Shown here: positions 47,655 through 61,486 of the stretch, in pieces
Numbering within the stretch: the stretch's first letter is position 1
How the letters are laid out: every line of letters begins with the position of its first letter
NCBI RefSeq assembly: GCF_009914755.1
Contig: NC_060927.1
Length of the DNA: 64,000 nucleotides
From: the human T2T-CHM13v2.0 reference genome, Homo sapiens
Strand: one strand, 5' to 3'
Notes under the pieces: generated by a model
The model's database searches: none
Told to the model about the DNA's origin: nothing
Seen by the model: only the letters and a program-made list of their open reading frames with translations
Program-made: the position numbers and the translations under genes

Positions 47655-47757
47655 TCATATATACACATAAGTATGTATATGATATATATGTATATTCACA
47701 ATATTCACACAGACACAGTGTGTATACATATATGTGTGTGTGTATTTGTGTGTGTGT
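47655..47757. repeat. (TA)/(TG) low-complexity tract
   Basis: catatatacacata…tgtgtgtgtgtatttgtgtgtgtg. Confidence 0.8.
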
Positions 47758-49834
47758 TCATACTCCATAATTTCTGGTACATATTTAATATTAGTATTTT
47801 TTAATAGGCAGATTATAAGTACTACAGTATAAAGATACATCCCATTATTTATTTACCTGAATATAATGTTTATTCGTATTGGTGTTGAAAGCTAAAATTC
47901 TTTTAATATTTTTATTTCATTGATAATAGTTCTGTGCTTGTCTAGTTCAAGTATGTTTACCTAACCATTTGATAAAACAATTATATAGTTACAACACCAT
48001 CAGGCTAATCATATTGATTTGTTCTGATTTGTTTATAATTGTTAAGTAATTATAATAAGCATTTAATAGAGTATCACAAGTTATTTTAATAGAAAATGTC
48101 AATATTCCTATGAATAAATATCAGAACTATTGTGTTTGCTTAGGGGAGTAACTTACTCCTTCAATAAACTTTTCATTCATATCCAGTGTTGCCATGCATT
48201 TTTTCCTGGGTTTGGCCAGCAAAATCACTGCCTGTGACTATTGCACTGTTACTTTGCAAATAGCTGAGGTTTTGTGATTATTCACTGTACCTCAGTGTTT
48301 ATCATATATACTCATAGAAGTAAATAGTAAAATACATTATAAATGTGTATAAATTGTTTTCTCTTTCTGTATAAAGAAAGTCTATGGAAATATTTATTTT
48401 TCATAATTGAAAGAGTAAATAGAAACATAAGTAAGCATTGGGAGAGTATACATTCACTATCTCAAAGGAGAAGCTAATGAGAAAAAACATATCCATTATT
48501 GAAATAACCTAGAAATAAGTCACCATTGAGTGATGAGGTCAAAATAAAATATACTTCAAGTAAAACAATTATGCAACTAGAATATAATTTGGATGTAGAA
48601 TTGAGGAGGTTTTGTGTTTAAATGCAGTTTCACAGCACTGTTCATTATAAAAGCCAACTACCATAAATGTTTATACTGAAAAAATATACTACATGGGTTG
48701 GTGAAAGGAATAAATCTATATAAATTATGTATCTATTATATATCCGGATCAATCTGTATATCTTTGTATATTTGTCTCATGTCTGTAAATTTGAGGAAAA
48801 AATAGGGTTGCATTTGAATAAGCACATGCTATTTGCTACACTTATTTGCTAGTCTTTTTCTATGCTGAATTCCTTCAAGCTGTGTTAAAACAAAACTGGT
48901 TACTTGAATAAAATAAATGATTACCTTAATTTTTTTACTCAAACTGCATGTACTACTGAACATTCCTCTCTATTACCTCTAACATTCCTTCATCGAAACA
49001 CGTTTTACAAAGATAAAAAGTTGTTGGTGCCTAGTTTATCTGATTCTAACTAAAACCCAAGTAGGTCAGTTTCTTTCACCATGGAAACATTTCATCAGTG
49101 AGATAATGAGCTGATAATGAAGATACCAGTTAAATTATGGACCCAATATTAACAAAGAGAGATGCACTCAAGAGGTGATTTGAGAGAAGCAATAAACACC
49201 AAAACAGCAACAACAACAACAAAACATTATCATTCATGTGAAGTAGTGGAACAAATTACACACATTTCAAAGATCAAAATATTATATTTGAATATTGCTA
49301 GCCTTGGTACTGATTTGTGTTTTCATTGCATGATATAAAATAAATTGAATTTTTATTAACCCTTCATACATCTGACTTGAACTTTCAGATTTTATCAGTC
49401 AGGTAAAGCTAAGGAATTCCGTTGTGTGACATAACATTTCTGAAACATCCCAAGACACTTCTCTTTTCATCTATAGAGTATATAACTTTGAAATGGCTGA
49501 ACCATATTCAGGAAAACAGCGACAACTTTTGAGATTAACAATACTTCATGGTAATTCTTTAGTGTGTATCAGAGTAGTTATATTGAAATAGAGTGACATA
49601 ATACCCAAATGAACCTTGCCAAAATCTAATAAAATACATTGGCTAGTTAAAATAGGAGATAAGAAAGAGTGGAGACTGTTTTGTTTCCTCAGCTAAAGCA
49701 TAGTATCACTGTCTTCTTCCCTCCAATCTTTCTCTTTTGCCATCTGCCACTTCTGAAAACTGACTTTTTATTGTGATTACAAAATGCCTGCTAAGAGCTC
49801 CCAGATCTGCATTATTCTGTCATGAAACAAGGGT

Positions 49835-50010
49835 AAGATTCCAGATGAAATATAGGACATCCTGTTAAAATTGAATTTCTGATAAACAGCAAATAGTTTT
49901 TAGTATAAGTATATCCTATGCAGAATTATTGACTGTTTATCTGAAATTCAAATTTAAGTGGTTAACCTGTATTTTAGTTGCTACATAGTAAGATTGCCAG
50001 CAATCTTACT
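49835..50010. mobile_element. MER53 (hAT-derived palindromic MITE) with internal deletion
   Basis: ccagatgaaatataggacatcctgttaaaattgaatttctgataaacag…ctgtttatctgaaattcaaatttaagtggttaacctgtatttt. Confidence 0.85.
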
Positions 50011-50209
50011 AATGGGAGCAATATAATTTTGTATCTGGATATCCATAAAATGCCGTCTACGTACTCCTGGCTGCCGTGCTCAAGATGGATTTGTTGAATT
50101 CCATTGTTGGCCATTCAGCTAGTAAATGCATCTGTTTATGGCTTGATTATCATGGGTCTTATCTCTCTCTGCTTCTGGAAACTCAAAAAAAAAAAAATAA
50201 ATAAATAAG

Positions 50210-50460
50210 AAAGCTTGTTTTCAGAAGTTCCTGCAAAATATTTTCTCATGCCTCATTTTCCAAATACAGGTCATGTTTCTAAACATGAACAAATAATGGT
50301 TGTCAAGGAATGTTATTATGTGGGTTCTGTTAAGCATGAGCTGTATGGTACACTAAGTTGCATTCTACTAAATTTCTGAATATGCATAACTAGAATACAC
50401 TAAAATTTAGATAGTTATGATGTGAAGGGGACTAAATACTGGGGAAGCAGTAACAAGATT
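50210..50460 (-). mobile_element. MLT1K/L-like LTR fragment
   Basis: cagaagttcctgcaaaat…cctcattttccaaatacaggtcatg…gaacaaataatgg. Confidence 0.4.
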
Positions 50461-50479
50461 TATATTACAAAGTATAACA

Positions 50480-50720
50480 AGGGGCAATATAGTATAGTTT
50501 TAAGTAACATGGATTTTGAAGCTAGACCCTTTGGATCTTCCATTTATTAGCTATGTAACCTTGGGTAAATTACTTAACCTCTCTGTTTTTCAGGTACCAT
50601 ATTTCTGAAGTCGGCATTATAATACAATTTACTTTCTCATAGGTTTTATTTAATATATGTATATATATCAATGTAGGCACTTAAACAAAAATTGCCATGT
50701 AGAAAACTCTTTAAAGTAGC
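50480..50720 (+). mobile_element. MIR
   Basis: atggattttgaagctagacc…ttattagctatgtaaccttgggtaaattacttaacctctctg…ctcatagg. Confidence 0.8.
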
Positions 50721-51422
50721 AAATCTAAAATAATATATTGGAACATTTAAAAATAAACTATTATTAACTCATAAATGTCTTAATTAGGCAATTGTCAAAG
50801 TGTGATTACCTTTAAAATATTTTGTAAGGCTACATCTTGAGTATGTTATTGGTAAAACATTTACTGGCAATAAGGACATTAATTTAGATGCTTACTGCAA
50901 TTTAGCTAGTACTCACTCATGTCATTTGTTTTATATCAATTTCTGTAGATAATGTGACAATTACTAATAGTTATATATCTCAATTTTATTGTATTAAGTA
51001 GTTGCTTACAATAATTATTTGGTGGCCACTTATATTTTCATAACCTTATAGAACAAGGGCCAGTTGAAAAATCAGAGATGAATCAGAGTATCCGAATGGG
51101 AATATACTAATCAAACAAAATGAATGATATAATTTCTAATACTCTATAATAATATAATTTCTAATATACTATAATAATATATTGATAGGAGAGAGAGTTT
51201 TATCTATATTCTCATTGAGCTTTTCCCTGAAAGAGCTACATAACATAGTGTTTAGGCATATAGTAGAGTCAGTAAACTTATTCCATATTCAGATATTAAG
51301 AGAAATTCAATTTTTTCATTTATTTTTATTTGATATGTTATTTCCTATGAGTTCTCTACCCTCAAGTTGTTTTTAGTAGCAGACAAAACATAGGTGTTTT
51401 TAGGGACATAAAAGAGTAAGAA

Positions 51423-52821
51423 CAAAGGTAGCTTGATGGGAATAGCATTGAACCTAAAAATTATTTTGGGCAGTACGGCCATTTTAACAATATTGATACT
51501 TCCTATCCATGAGCATAGGATGTTTTTCCATTTGTTTGTGTCCTCTCATTTCTTTGAGCAGTGGTTTATAGTTGTCCTTGAAGAGGTCCTTCACATCCCT
51601 TGTAAGTTGTATTCCTAGGTGTATTTTATTCTCTTTGTAGCAATTGTGAATGAAAGTTCACTCATGATTTGGCTCTCTATCATTAATGTATTGGAATCCT
51701 TGTGATTTTTGCACATTAATTTCATATCCTGAGATTTTGCTGAAGTTGCTTATCAGCTTAAAGGCTGAGATGATGGGGTTTTCTAAATATACAATCATGT
51801 CATTTGCAAAAAAAGATAATTTGACTTCCTCTCTTCCTATTTTAATACTCTTTATTTATTTCTCTTGCCTGATTGCCCTGGCCAGAACTTCCAATACTAT
51901 GTTGAATAGGAGTGGTGATAGAGGGCATCCTTGTCTTGTGCCGATTTTCCAAGGGAATGCTTCCAGCTTTTGTCCATTCGGTATGATATTGGCTGTGGGT
52001 TTGTCACTAATAGCTCTTATTATTTTGAGATATGTTCCATCAATACATAGTTTTTTGAGAGTTTTTAGCATGAAGGGGTGTTGAATTATATCGAAGGCAT
52101 TTTCTGAGTCTATTGAGAAAATCATTTGGTTTTTGTCATTGGTTCTGTTTATGTGTTGGATTACATTTATTGATTTTCCTATGTTGAACCAGCCTTGCAT
52201 CCCAGGTATGAAGCTGACTTGATAGTGGTGGATAAGGTTTTGATGTGCTGCTGGATTTGGTGTTCCAGTATTTTATTGAGGATATTTGCATCGATGTTCA
52301 TCAGGCATTTTGGTCTGAAATTTTCTTTTTTTATTGTGTCTCTGCCAGGTTTTGGTATCAGGATGATGCTAGTCTCACAAAATGAGTTAGGGAGGAGTCC
52401 CTTTTTTTTATTGTTTGGAATAGTTTCAGAAGAAATGGTACCAACTCCTCTTTTTTACCTCTAGTAGAATTCGTCTGTGAGTCCGTCTAGTCCTGGGACA
52501 TTTTTGTTTGGTAGGTTATTAATTATTGCCTCAATTCCAGAACTTGTTATTGATCTCTTTGGGGATTCGACTTCTACCTGGTTTAGTCCTGGGAAGGTGT
52601 GGGTGTCCAGGAATTTATCCATTTCTTCTAGGTTTTCTAGTTCATTTGCGTAGAGTTGTTTATAGTATTCTCTGATGTTAGTTTGTATTTCTGGGGCATC
52701 AGTGGTGATATCTCCTCTATCATTTTTTATTGTGTCTATTTAATTCTTCTCTCTTTTCTTCTTTATTAGTCTGACTAGTGGTCTATCTACTTTGTTAATC
52801 TTTTCAAATAACCAGCTCCTG
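51423..52821 (-). mobile_element. L1PA7-like insertion, inverted 5' segment
   Basis: Antisense ORF2 RT region (ORF 51856..52200 MQGWFNI…[28 protein letters not shown]). Confidence 0.93.
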
Positions 52822-54310
52822 TCTTCACAGAATAAAAAAAAAACTAAATTTCTTATGGAAACAAAAAAAAGCCTGTTTAGCCGAGACAATCTTAAGCAAA
52901 AACAACAAACCTGGAAGCGTCATGCTACCTCTCTTCAAACTACACTAAAAGGCTACAGTAACCAAAACAGCATGGTAGTGGTACCAAAACAGATATAGAG
53001 ACGAATGGAACAGAACAGAAGCCTCAGAAATAACACTACACATCTACAACTATCTGATCTTTGACAAACCTGACAAAAACAAGCAGTGGGGAAAGGATTT
53101 CCTGTTTAATACATGGCGTTGGGAAAACTGGTTAGCCATGTGCAGAAAACTGAAACTGGACCGCTTCCTTACACCTTATACAAAAATTAACTCAAGATGG
53201 ATTAAAGACTTAAACATAAGACCTAAAACCATATAAACCTTAAAAGAAAACCTAGGCAATACCATTCAGGACATAGGCATGGGCAAAGACTTCATGACTA
53301 AAACACCAAAAGCAATGGCAACAGAAGCCGAAATTGACAAATGGGATCTAATTAAACTAAAGAGCTTCTGCACAGCAAAAGAAACTATCATAGAGTGAAT
53401 AGGCAACCTACAGAATCAGAGAAAATTTTTGCAATCTATCGATCTGACAAAGGTCTAATATCCAGAATCTATGAGGAACTTTAACAAATTTGCATGGAAA
53501 AAGCAAACAACCTCATCAAAAAGTGGGTGAAGGATATGAACAGACACTTCTCAAAAGAAGACATTTATGCAGCCAACAAAGGTATGAAAAAAAAAGCTCA
53601 TCATCACTGGTCATTAGAGAAATGCAAATCAAAACCACAATGAGATACTGTCTCACACCAGTTAGAATGGTGACCATTAAAAATTTAGGAAAAAAACAGA
53701 TGCTGGAGAGAATGTGGAGAAATAGGAATGCTTTTATACTGTTTGTGGGAGTGTAAATTAGTTCAACCATTGTGCAAGACAGTCTGGTGATTCCTCAAGG
53801 ATCTAGAATCAGAAACACCATTTGACCCAGTAATCCCATTACTGGGTATATACCCAAAGATTACAAATCATTCTCCTATAAAGACACATGCACATGTGTG
53901 TTTATTGCAGCACTATTCACAATAGCAAAGACTTGGACCAACCCAAATGCTTGTCAATAGACTGGATAATGAAAATGTGGCACATATACACCATGGAATA
54001 CCATGCATCCATTAAAAAACGATGAGTTCATGTCCTCCGCAGGGGCATGGATGAATCTGGAAACCATCATTCTCAGTAAACTAACACAGGAATAGAAAAC
54101 CAAACACTGGAGTTTGAAAGAAGAACATCACACACTGGGGCCTGTCGGGTAGTGGGGGGTTAAGGGAGGGATAGCATTACAAGAAATACCTAATGTAGAT
54201 GACGAGTTGTTGAGTGCCGCAAACCACCATGGCATGTGTATACCTATGTAACAAACCTGCATGCTCTGCACGTGTATCCCAGATCTTAAAGTATAAGAAT
54301 AATAAAAAAA
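52822..54310 (+). mobile_element. L1PA7-like insertion, sense 3' segment
   Basis: Resumes at tcttcacagaat; 3'UTR has a small internal deletion; TSD aaaagagtaagaa at 51410-51422/54307-54319. Confidence 0.93.
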
Positions 54311-57144
54311 GAGTAAGAATAAAATCCAATAACTTATTTTAAAGTTTTATAAGCAACCACTGCTTGGTAAACACTTTTCATGCTTTCACTATTTTGTTCC
54401 CTCAAAAATGTTCATGCATTCAACATTCTGTTCCCTCAACCTACTGTGTATAGAGTGGAATAGTATAAAAAGACTGTTATGATAGAAAGGAAATGTGAAG
54501 TGGAAAGAATACAGAATCTTTCCCTATATACATGTCCTCTAGGTTCTCCTGGCTGATGTATTCAAGAGAGAATTGTTGAATTTTATTCTTAGGCATTCAT
54601 CTACTAAATGTGTCTGATATTCGTGGCTTGATTATTGTGGGTCTTCTCTCTCTGCTTCTTTAATTTGAGCAGACCTTATTAGTAAACTATTTTGCTGCCT
54701 GATCATCCTTTGTCCATTATCTCTAATGGTCTACTGTATTCCACCTTTGGATTCTTGTTTAAGCAGTTTCCAATCTCTTTATCGAGGTGACATTATCCCT
54801 TGCTAGCTGTAGAACATGAATGGAGGTCATCTTGGCTTCAGTTTGGTTACACTTACCAATCCTAAAAGGCATGTGGAGATTTCTGGGTCTCACTAGGCTA
54901 AACGGAAACTGAAGGATATTCAAGACCGCCAGCTAATACCTCTTGCAAAACAGCACATCTGATGTTCCTTGTTTTATTTCCTAGAGCCCACTATGTTGGA
55001 GAGCAGCATGGTACAGAGTATTTCCTTAAAAAAATCTTAGAAGCAATGTATCTAAAAATATAAAAAATACCTTTACACTCACTCAGCTTTAAAATCTATG
55101 CAAGTCAGATCAAGGCATCTGCCTGCTGATTATTTCTATCTGTGCTCTCTGCCATACAAACCCCTGGGACCAGGGCAGGTGCTCTTTCTCCCTTGCCTTT
55201 TACTATATGATTGAGAACTTTTACAGGTTAAATTCTGCAATCTAGGCTCACGATATGATAATGCAAAAAAAAAAAAGAGAAATATAAAATGTTTTTGTTT
55301 TCATAAAGTTTTATACTCAAAATTCAAGTAACAATATTCTATTCTTTGCCATCTTGAAAATGAATCAAATGACTCAAATAATTACTTATAATATTTCAGA
55401 ATAAAAAATGAGTTTAAAATTAATATGTGTATACATATATATGTATTTATTTCAAGATATTTCTTATGGTACCTAAATGTATAGATTGAGCTGAATTCTC
55501 AGCTGGTGCTTTTTTATTTTTTATTATTTTTTTTTAGGGATATCATCACATTTAAAGGGACGCTTGTTTGGAATTCTTTAAAAAGGGGGAAATCAGTGGG
55601 TTCTAGTATTCATTCAATTTTAAAGAAGCTTGATAGTGGCATGGAAATTAGCTAATCCTCAAGGTCAGTCTTCCTTAATGTAATGTCCCTAATGATATCT
55701 TAGATAGGTTTTAGAAGAGTGATTTTTAAATTTTTTTAGGGGAATGATTGCACACATTTTATTAGAACCTTAAAGAAGTCGAACAAATAATAACATAAAA
55801 ACAGTTTTACAAATTTTTCTCTAAGTTGTTTAAATTTGTAAGTTCTTTGCCACATAGTAAACTAGGGGAGATTCCATGGAATACACATATTTTATCCTTC
55901 CTTAAAAGATGGTCAAGCATTTGCTTATAAAAATGTATGAGAAGCTTAAGATGATAAGGAAAAATAAGACAACAACCAACTATATGTCAAATATTGTAGT
56001 ACATTTTATATTTGAAATTGTATTAGCATCGTAGAGTTTTAATTTTGATTTGTATGTGAGAAGGTCGCTTTTCAAGTACTATTTCTGCCATGTAATATCA
56101 GTGACAATCCACATTCTCTCTGAGTTTCAAAATCCACATCTATAAAATTGTCCAGAGAAAGAGCAAATATGATATATGCAAATAATGTTTTTTCTCTGGA
56201 ATATATTAAACCATGTACATATTACTATTAAGGATATAGTTTACTGAAAGAAAACATTGCTGTTGTAGAGTACTCTGTAGAAACAACATATGTTAAATAT
56301 TTTTGTTAACTGATAAATAAGGCAGTGAGTTCTATTTAATAAAATAAGGAAAACATCAATTATAAATAAGACTTTTAACTAAATTAGAGTACAAATCATA
56401 ATTATTTGATAGAATATACTAAATACTAGGTCTTTCTCCTTACAGTTGAATTGAATTGTAACAGACATGAGGTTTATTGAATATATATAGAATGAAGTAT
56501 GTTGAAGGCGATGACATTTAAAATAACTTCCCATTTAAAATAATTTTAAGAAGAATATGTATGTATATAATTTTTTTCTTCAAGATGACTTAAAAGAGTG
56601 CCTATTCTTTTTAATTTATTGTCACTAGATGGCATACTATATGTAAAAATAAATAATGTACTAAATAGACAAAATTGAATTGTTACGTAAATACAAATGT
56701 GTAAACTGTAAAATAAATCATCAACTTGAAGAACCAATAATTATAAAATAAACTAAAATTTATTATTTAAGGGTTTTCTTCAAGGTTATTTTTAATCACC
56801 ATGATTAAATAACTAAGAAGAAAATAACAATTTTATTTTTAAGCACTAATTTGGATATAACTTATAGAAGTTCTGGAGTTCTAAAATAGTTAATTTAGAA
56901 GATTGTTACATTGAGATGAATACCAAATGAATGAAAGTAATTTGGCTTAACAAAAAAAATCCAAATTTACAAAAGAGGATGAAAATATATTGGCAACATT
57001 TAGCAGATACTCAAATTATTTCTGTCACTCACCTGTATTATTTATTTTTAAAAATGCTAAGAGAAAGATAGTGTTTCATCCTAATGCACCCAAACGTACA
57101 TTAAATTTTCTGTCAGTGTCACAAAACAGAAAGAGGTGAGAGCT

Positions 57145-59438
57145 AGTATTTTGATTATTTACTGCTTTATACAATCTGTGCTAATTACTAAGTTTTAAAG
57201 CAACAATAGTTTGTTGGTTCGTGATTTTTTTTTTTTTCAATTTGATCAGTGCTCAATGGGAAGAGCACATCTCTATTCTAAGTAGAACAACTTAACTGGG
57301 GGTAAAAATATAATTGTAAAATGGTTTACTCTTGTGAATGGTTGTTGGCTGGTGGCTCATCTGGGAGTTTTAGCTAAGACTCTAAAATCTCTTCCACTCG
57401 GCTACCTGGTTTGTTGTTGTTTTTGTTGTTTTTGTCACAGTATGGCAGGCTGTTTTCAGAAAGAGGACGCAGAACTTAACAATCTTCTTAAAAGGTAGAC
57501 ATGAACCTGGCAGAGTCATCTCCACCGTATTCTTTTGAACAAACAGTGACAGGATCAGTCCATATCAAGGTAGAGAAATAGAAAAAACATTTATCTGAAG
57601 ATAGTGGTAAAGAATGTAGAGTTCCTTTCAATATGCAAGAGTCTACTCTCAAGACACAATTATTTGCATAATTCTCAAATGGAAGATATCCATTCTTACA
57701 ATAAATCCAACTAAAGATTTAACAAATTATTCGTCATGCTCAAAATCCAAAATGCGTTCATTAGTATCAGGAGGGCCAGGTGTGGAGGTTTTTTAGGTGT
57801 GGTTCCTCCTGATTAAAAAAAAAATTACAGTGGTAAAATAAAAAATTGTGTCCCCCTCATATACTCAAATAAAATGACAAAAATAGGGAGAGTTCAATGA
57901 ACACTAATTCAAAAAGGAGGATATAGGAGGCATAAAGAAGTCATTGCTTCATGACAATTCTAAAATCCATCTGAGCAAATATCACCAGTTGTTTAATTAG
58001 AACTCAGTTCTGTTCCCTTAGAATGGTTTTCTGTGGCTCTTGGTTTCACCCCTTGAGCTCTTGATTCTGCCTTTTTCCATTAGAAATATGTTAAATTTGT
58101 AGTTGAATAGCTTTCTCAATTTGGTTCATGTTCATAGAATGCTAAGGGCCTAAAGATCCCTTTTCATTTTGAACTTTCTCTGTCCTTTTCAGTCCAAGTG
58201 AAATCATCTTTTGAAAACTTTGTTAGTTTCTCATACACAATTTATATTCAACTCAATTAGACAAAAGTCAAGCCCCCCATTTCCTTCGAAGGTGAGCCCT
58301 TCTCTCTCTTAGGTCATAATTGAGGGTATTATTGGATAACACTCTTACAATGCTTAGAAATTCTTTTGTCTAAGTGCATGAGTCTGTGAGACATAACCTT
58401 AAATCTTTCTGAGGTCTTAGCAAAGGGTCTTAAACAAGCACCCCATTGATATATTTGACTCAGAAACAACTTTTTATTGGAATTAAAGTAACACTGAATT
58501 TGATCTTTTTCGGAAGCCGTTAACTATTTTAGTAGCTTATTGTTTACAGACCTGGAATAGAAAAGAGTTTTATTTTCAAACGTATTCTTGGTCCTTTATA
58601 TTTATTTTAAATTACAATTTAAAAATGAACAGTTAATTTTCACTTTTTTTTCAGTTTACATTTATCATAACAGTCTCAAAGACAACAGCTTGTACTTGCA
58701 TAGATCTGCCTGAAAATCTCCTAGGCCATATCCACAAGTTAATTAGATATCATTGCTGTTTTTGGAATATCTCAAGTAATATTGTTGACCAATGTTACTC
58801 CATTTTCCTCCTATATCCAATAACAATATCACTGTCCTTCCGACCTTCCCAATAATCTTCTTGAGTACTCTCCTTTTCACTCAGTTCTACAGGTAATTTC
58901 ATGTGTTTTAGGCTTTTGTTTCAACAGCAAAGCATTTCTAAAACCAAATTTTGTTTTAGCTACATATTTATGAATGAAAAACCACCCCAAATCCTATTGA
59001 CTTAAAACAACAGCAATCACATATTTTTTTCACGATTTTGTGAGTTAATCAAAGCTCAGTGGGAATAGCTTGTCTCTGTTTTATGTGGTATTAGCTGAAG
59101 TGACTTGAATGAGGCTGGAATATTCGTATCCACATAGCTGGCAAGTTACTGCTGATTTGTCATTGAGAAACTCAGTTCTCTTGGCGGGGAACCTCAATTC
59201 TCCTTCATGTGGTTGCTTGGGCTTACTCACACATGACATTTGGGCTCAAAGATGGAAGAAGCAGGAGTTTCCAGTCTTCTTAAAGACTAGGTCCTGAACA
59301 GGCACAGTGTCATTTCCAATATATTTCTGTTCCACAAATCATTCACAAGCTTAGCTTGGTTTAGAAGAAATTTGAGAAATAGACCTTATCTCTTGGTGGG
59401 GAAATGAAGTAAAATGTTTTCATTATTATTCTACCACA
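57145..59438 (-). mobile_element. MLT1 (MLT1G/H-like) MaLR provirus: LTR (~57145-57640), internal region, LTR (~58951-59438)
   Basis: Two homologous diverged LTRs (cttaaaacaac…gctcagtgggaatagc…ggcacagtgtcatttcc…gagaaatagac); minus-strand AAATTTGGTTTTAGAAATG next to the right LTR resembles a MaLR-int start. Confidence 0.7.
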
Positions 59439-59454
59439 GCTAGTAATATTGTTT

Positions 59455-59783
59455 ATTATATGTATATAATGTATATTTTATTTATATGTCTATTATATAT
59501 ATAATGTGTGTATATATATACACATATATAATAGACATATATAATACATTATATAAAGAATATATGTGTGTATATATAATGTTCATATATTTTTAAAGAA
59601 ACTTTTTATTAATATAATGTGTATTATGTATGTCTATTATATATAATGTGTGTATAATAGACATATATAATAGACATGTATAATATACATTATATAAATA
59701 AATGTGTGTCTCTCTATATAATAGACATATATATAAAATGTGTGTGTATATATAATGTTTATATATTTTTAAAGAAACCTTTT
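59455..59783. repeat. TA-rich region with ~150-175-bp tandem duplication and internal inverted repeats
   Basis: tgtgtgtatatataatgtt(c/t)atatatttttaaagaaac occurs at ~59565 and ~59741. Confidence 0.85.
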
Positions 59784-60640
59784 AGCAATTTTGGAATACT
59801 TTCAGAATTACAGAAAATTTTAGAACTAGTACAGAGAGTTCTCATGTAACTCAAACCCAGTTTTTCCCATTGTCTGTATAATATAGTGCCATGGAGCAAG
59901 TATAAAAATTAAGAAACTGGTACTCATATATTAATATTAACTAATTTCTGACATATTTGGACTTTACTAGTTTTTCCATTAGCATTCTCTTTCTGTCTCA
60001 GATTCAAATCTAGGGCACCACACTGTAGTCAGTTGTCATGTCTCCTCTGATCTGTGACAGTTTCTCAGTCTTTCTTGGTCTTCCATGACCTTGACTGTCT
60101 TTAGAAGCATTGGCCAGGTATTTTATGTATAATGTCCCCAACCTGGAATTGTCTGATATTAATATTTTTTTCCATAATTAAACTGAAATTATAGGTTTTT
60201 GGGAAAAAATACTATACAGTGCCCTTGTCATCACATCATATCAGGTGATACATGATATCACTGGGGATGTTAACCTTTAAAGGTTAGGGTAGCATTTTCC
60301 AGATTCATACACTGTGAAAATGACTACTTTTGCCTTTCTGTAATCTATTCTTTGGAAATTATTCAGTATGTGTAGCCCACCCTCAAGCAGGGCCTGGAAT
60401 ATAATGAAGTTCTACTTCCTGAAGAAGAGTACATAGACATATATTAATGAAGTCTTGTAAGGAAAATTTGTTTATTCCTCCCTATTAATTAATATTTATA
60501 TGGACTCATGAATATATACTTTCTATTTTGGTTTTTAATGCAATAGTATGTTATTTATTCATTCCTTAAATTGATCCAGCTCCGTTTACTGAGGGCTCTT
60601 TCAGGTTGGCTAATGTGTCCCTTTAACATACCTATTCTTT
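59770..60640 (-). mobile_element. L1MC (L1MC4-like) 3'UTR fragment
   Basis: attttggaatactttcagaattacagaaaa…tagtacagagagttctc…ccatgaccttgac…gctctttcaggttggct. Confidence 0.7.
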
Positions 60641-61443
60641 TAATCTTTTAAAATAAACTCTAAAAAATTTTGGAATACTTTTAGATTTACAAAAATGTTA
60701 TGAACATAATACAGAAAGTTCACCTGTTTCCCGCACCTGGTTTCCCTCATTATTGATAACTTCTATTAGTGTGGTACTTTTATGACAATTAATGAACCAA
60801 TGATCAGACATAATTAACTTCGGTCCATACTTTATTCCCTAATATATATATTTTTTTCTGTTCCAGGACTCCTTCCTGGATGCCATTTAGTTGTCATATC
60901 ACTGACGGAACATTATGTGTAGTGGAAGACTGTAATAGTTTTGTAAAATATTCTTGTTTTTATTACCTTGATAGTTTAGAGAGTTTTTGGTCAGATATTT
61001 TTCAAAATATCTACATGGGTTATTTCTGATTTAAGTCTCACGATTAGACTGGGGTTATGAGTTTTGGGGAGGATGATTACAGAACTAAGTTGCCATTCTC
61101 ATGAAATTGTATCTAAGTTATGTCTTACGGCTGTTGATACTAACATTGATTACCTGACAGAGGTAGTGCTCGTCAGCTTCCACATTGTAAAGTTACTCTT
61201 TTTCCCTCTTTGTATACTTTATTCTTTGAAATAATTCACTCTGCTCAGCCCGCACTGAGGGATTTTGGATTCCTCTGCACTGGGAATCTGTCTATTCTCT
61301 CACATTTATTAATTTATCCAATTATATATTTCACTAGGTATTAAAAGATAATTACTTTATATATGAGGTTACTATTTGATAATGTACTGCTGTCCTCCTC
61401 ATTCTCTTCCTCCCTCCCTGCTTCCCCCCACCAAATAATAATA

Positions 61444-61486
<43 letters not shown>

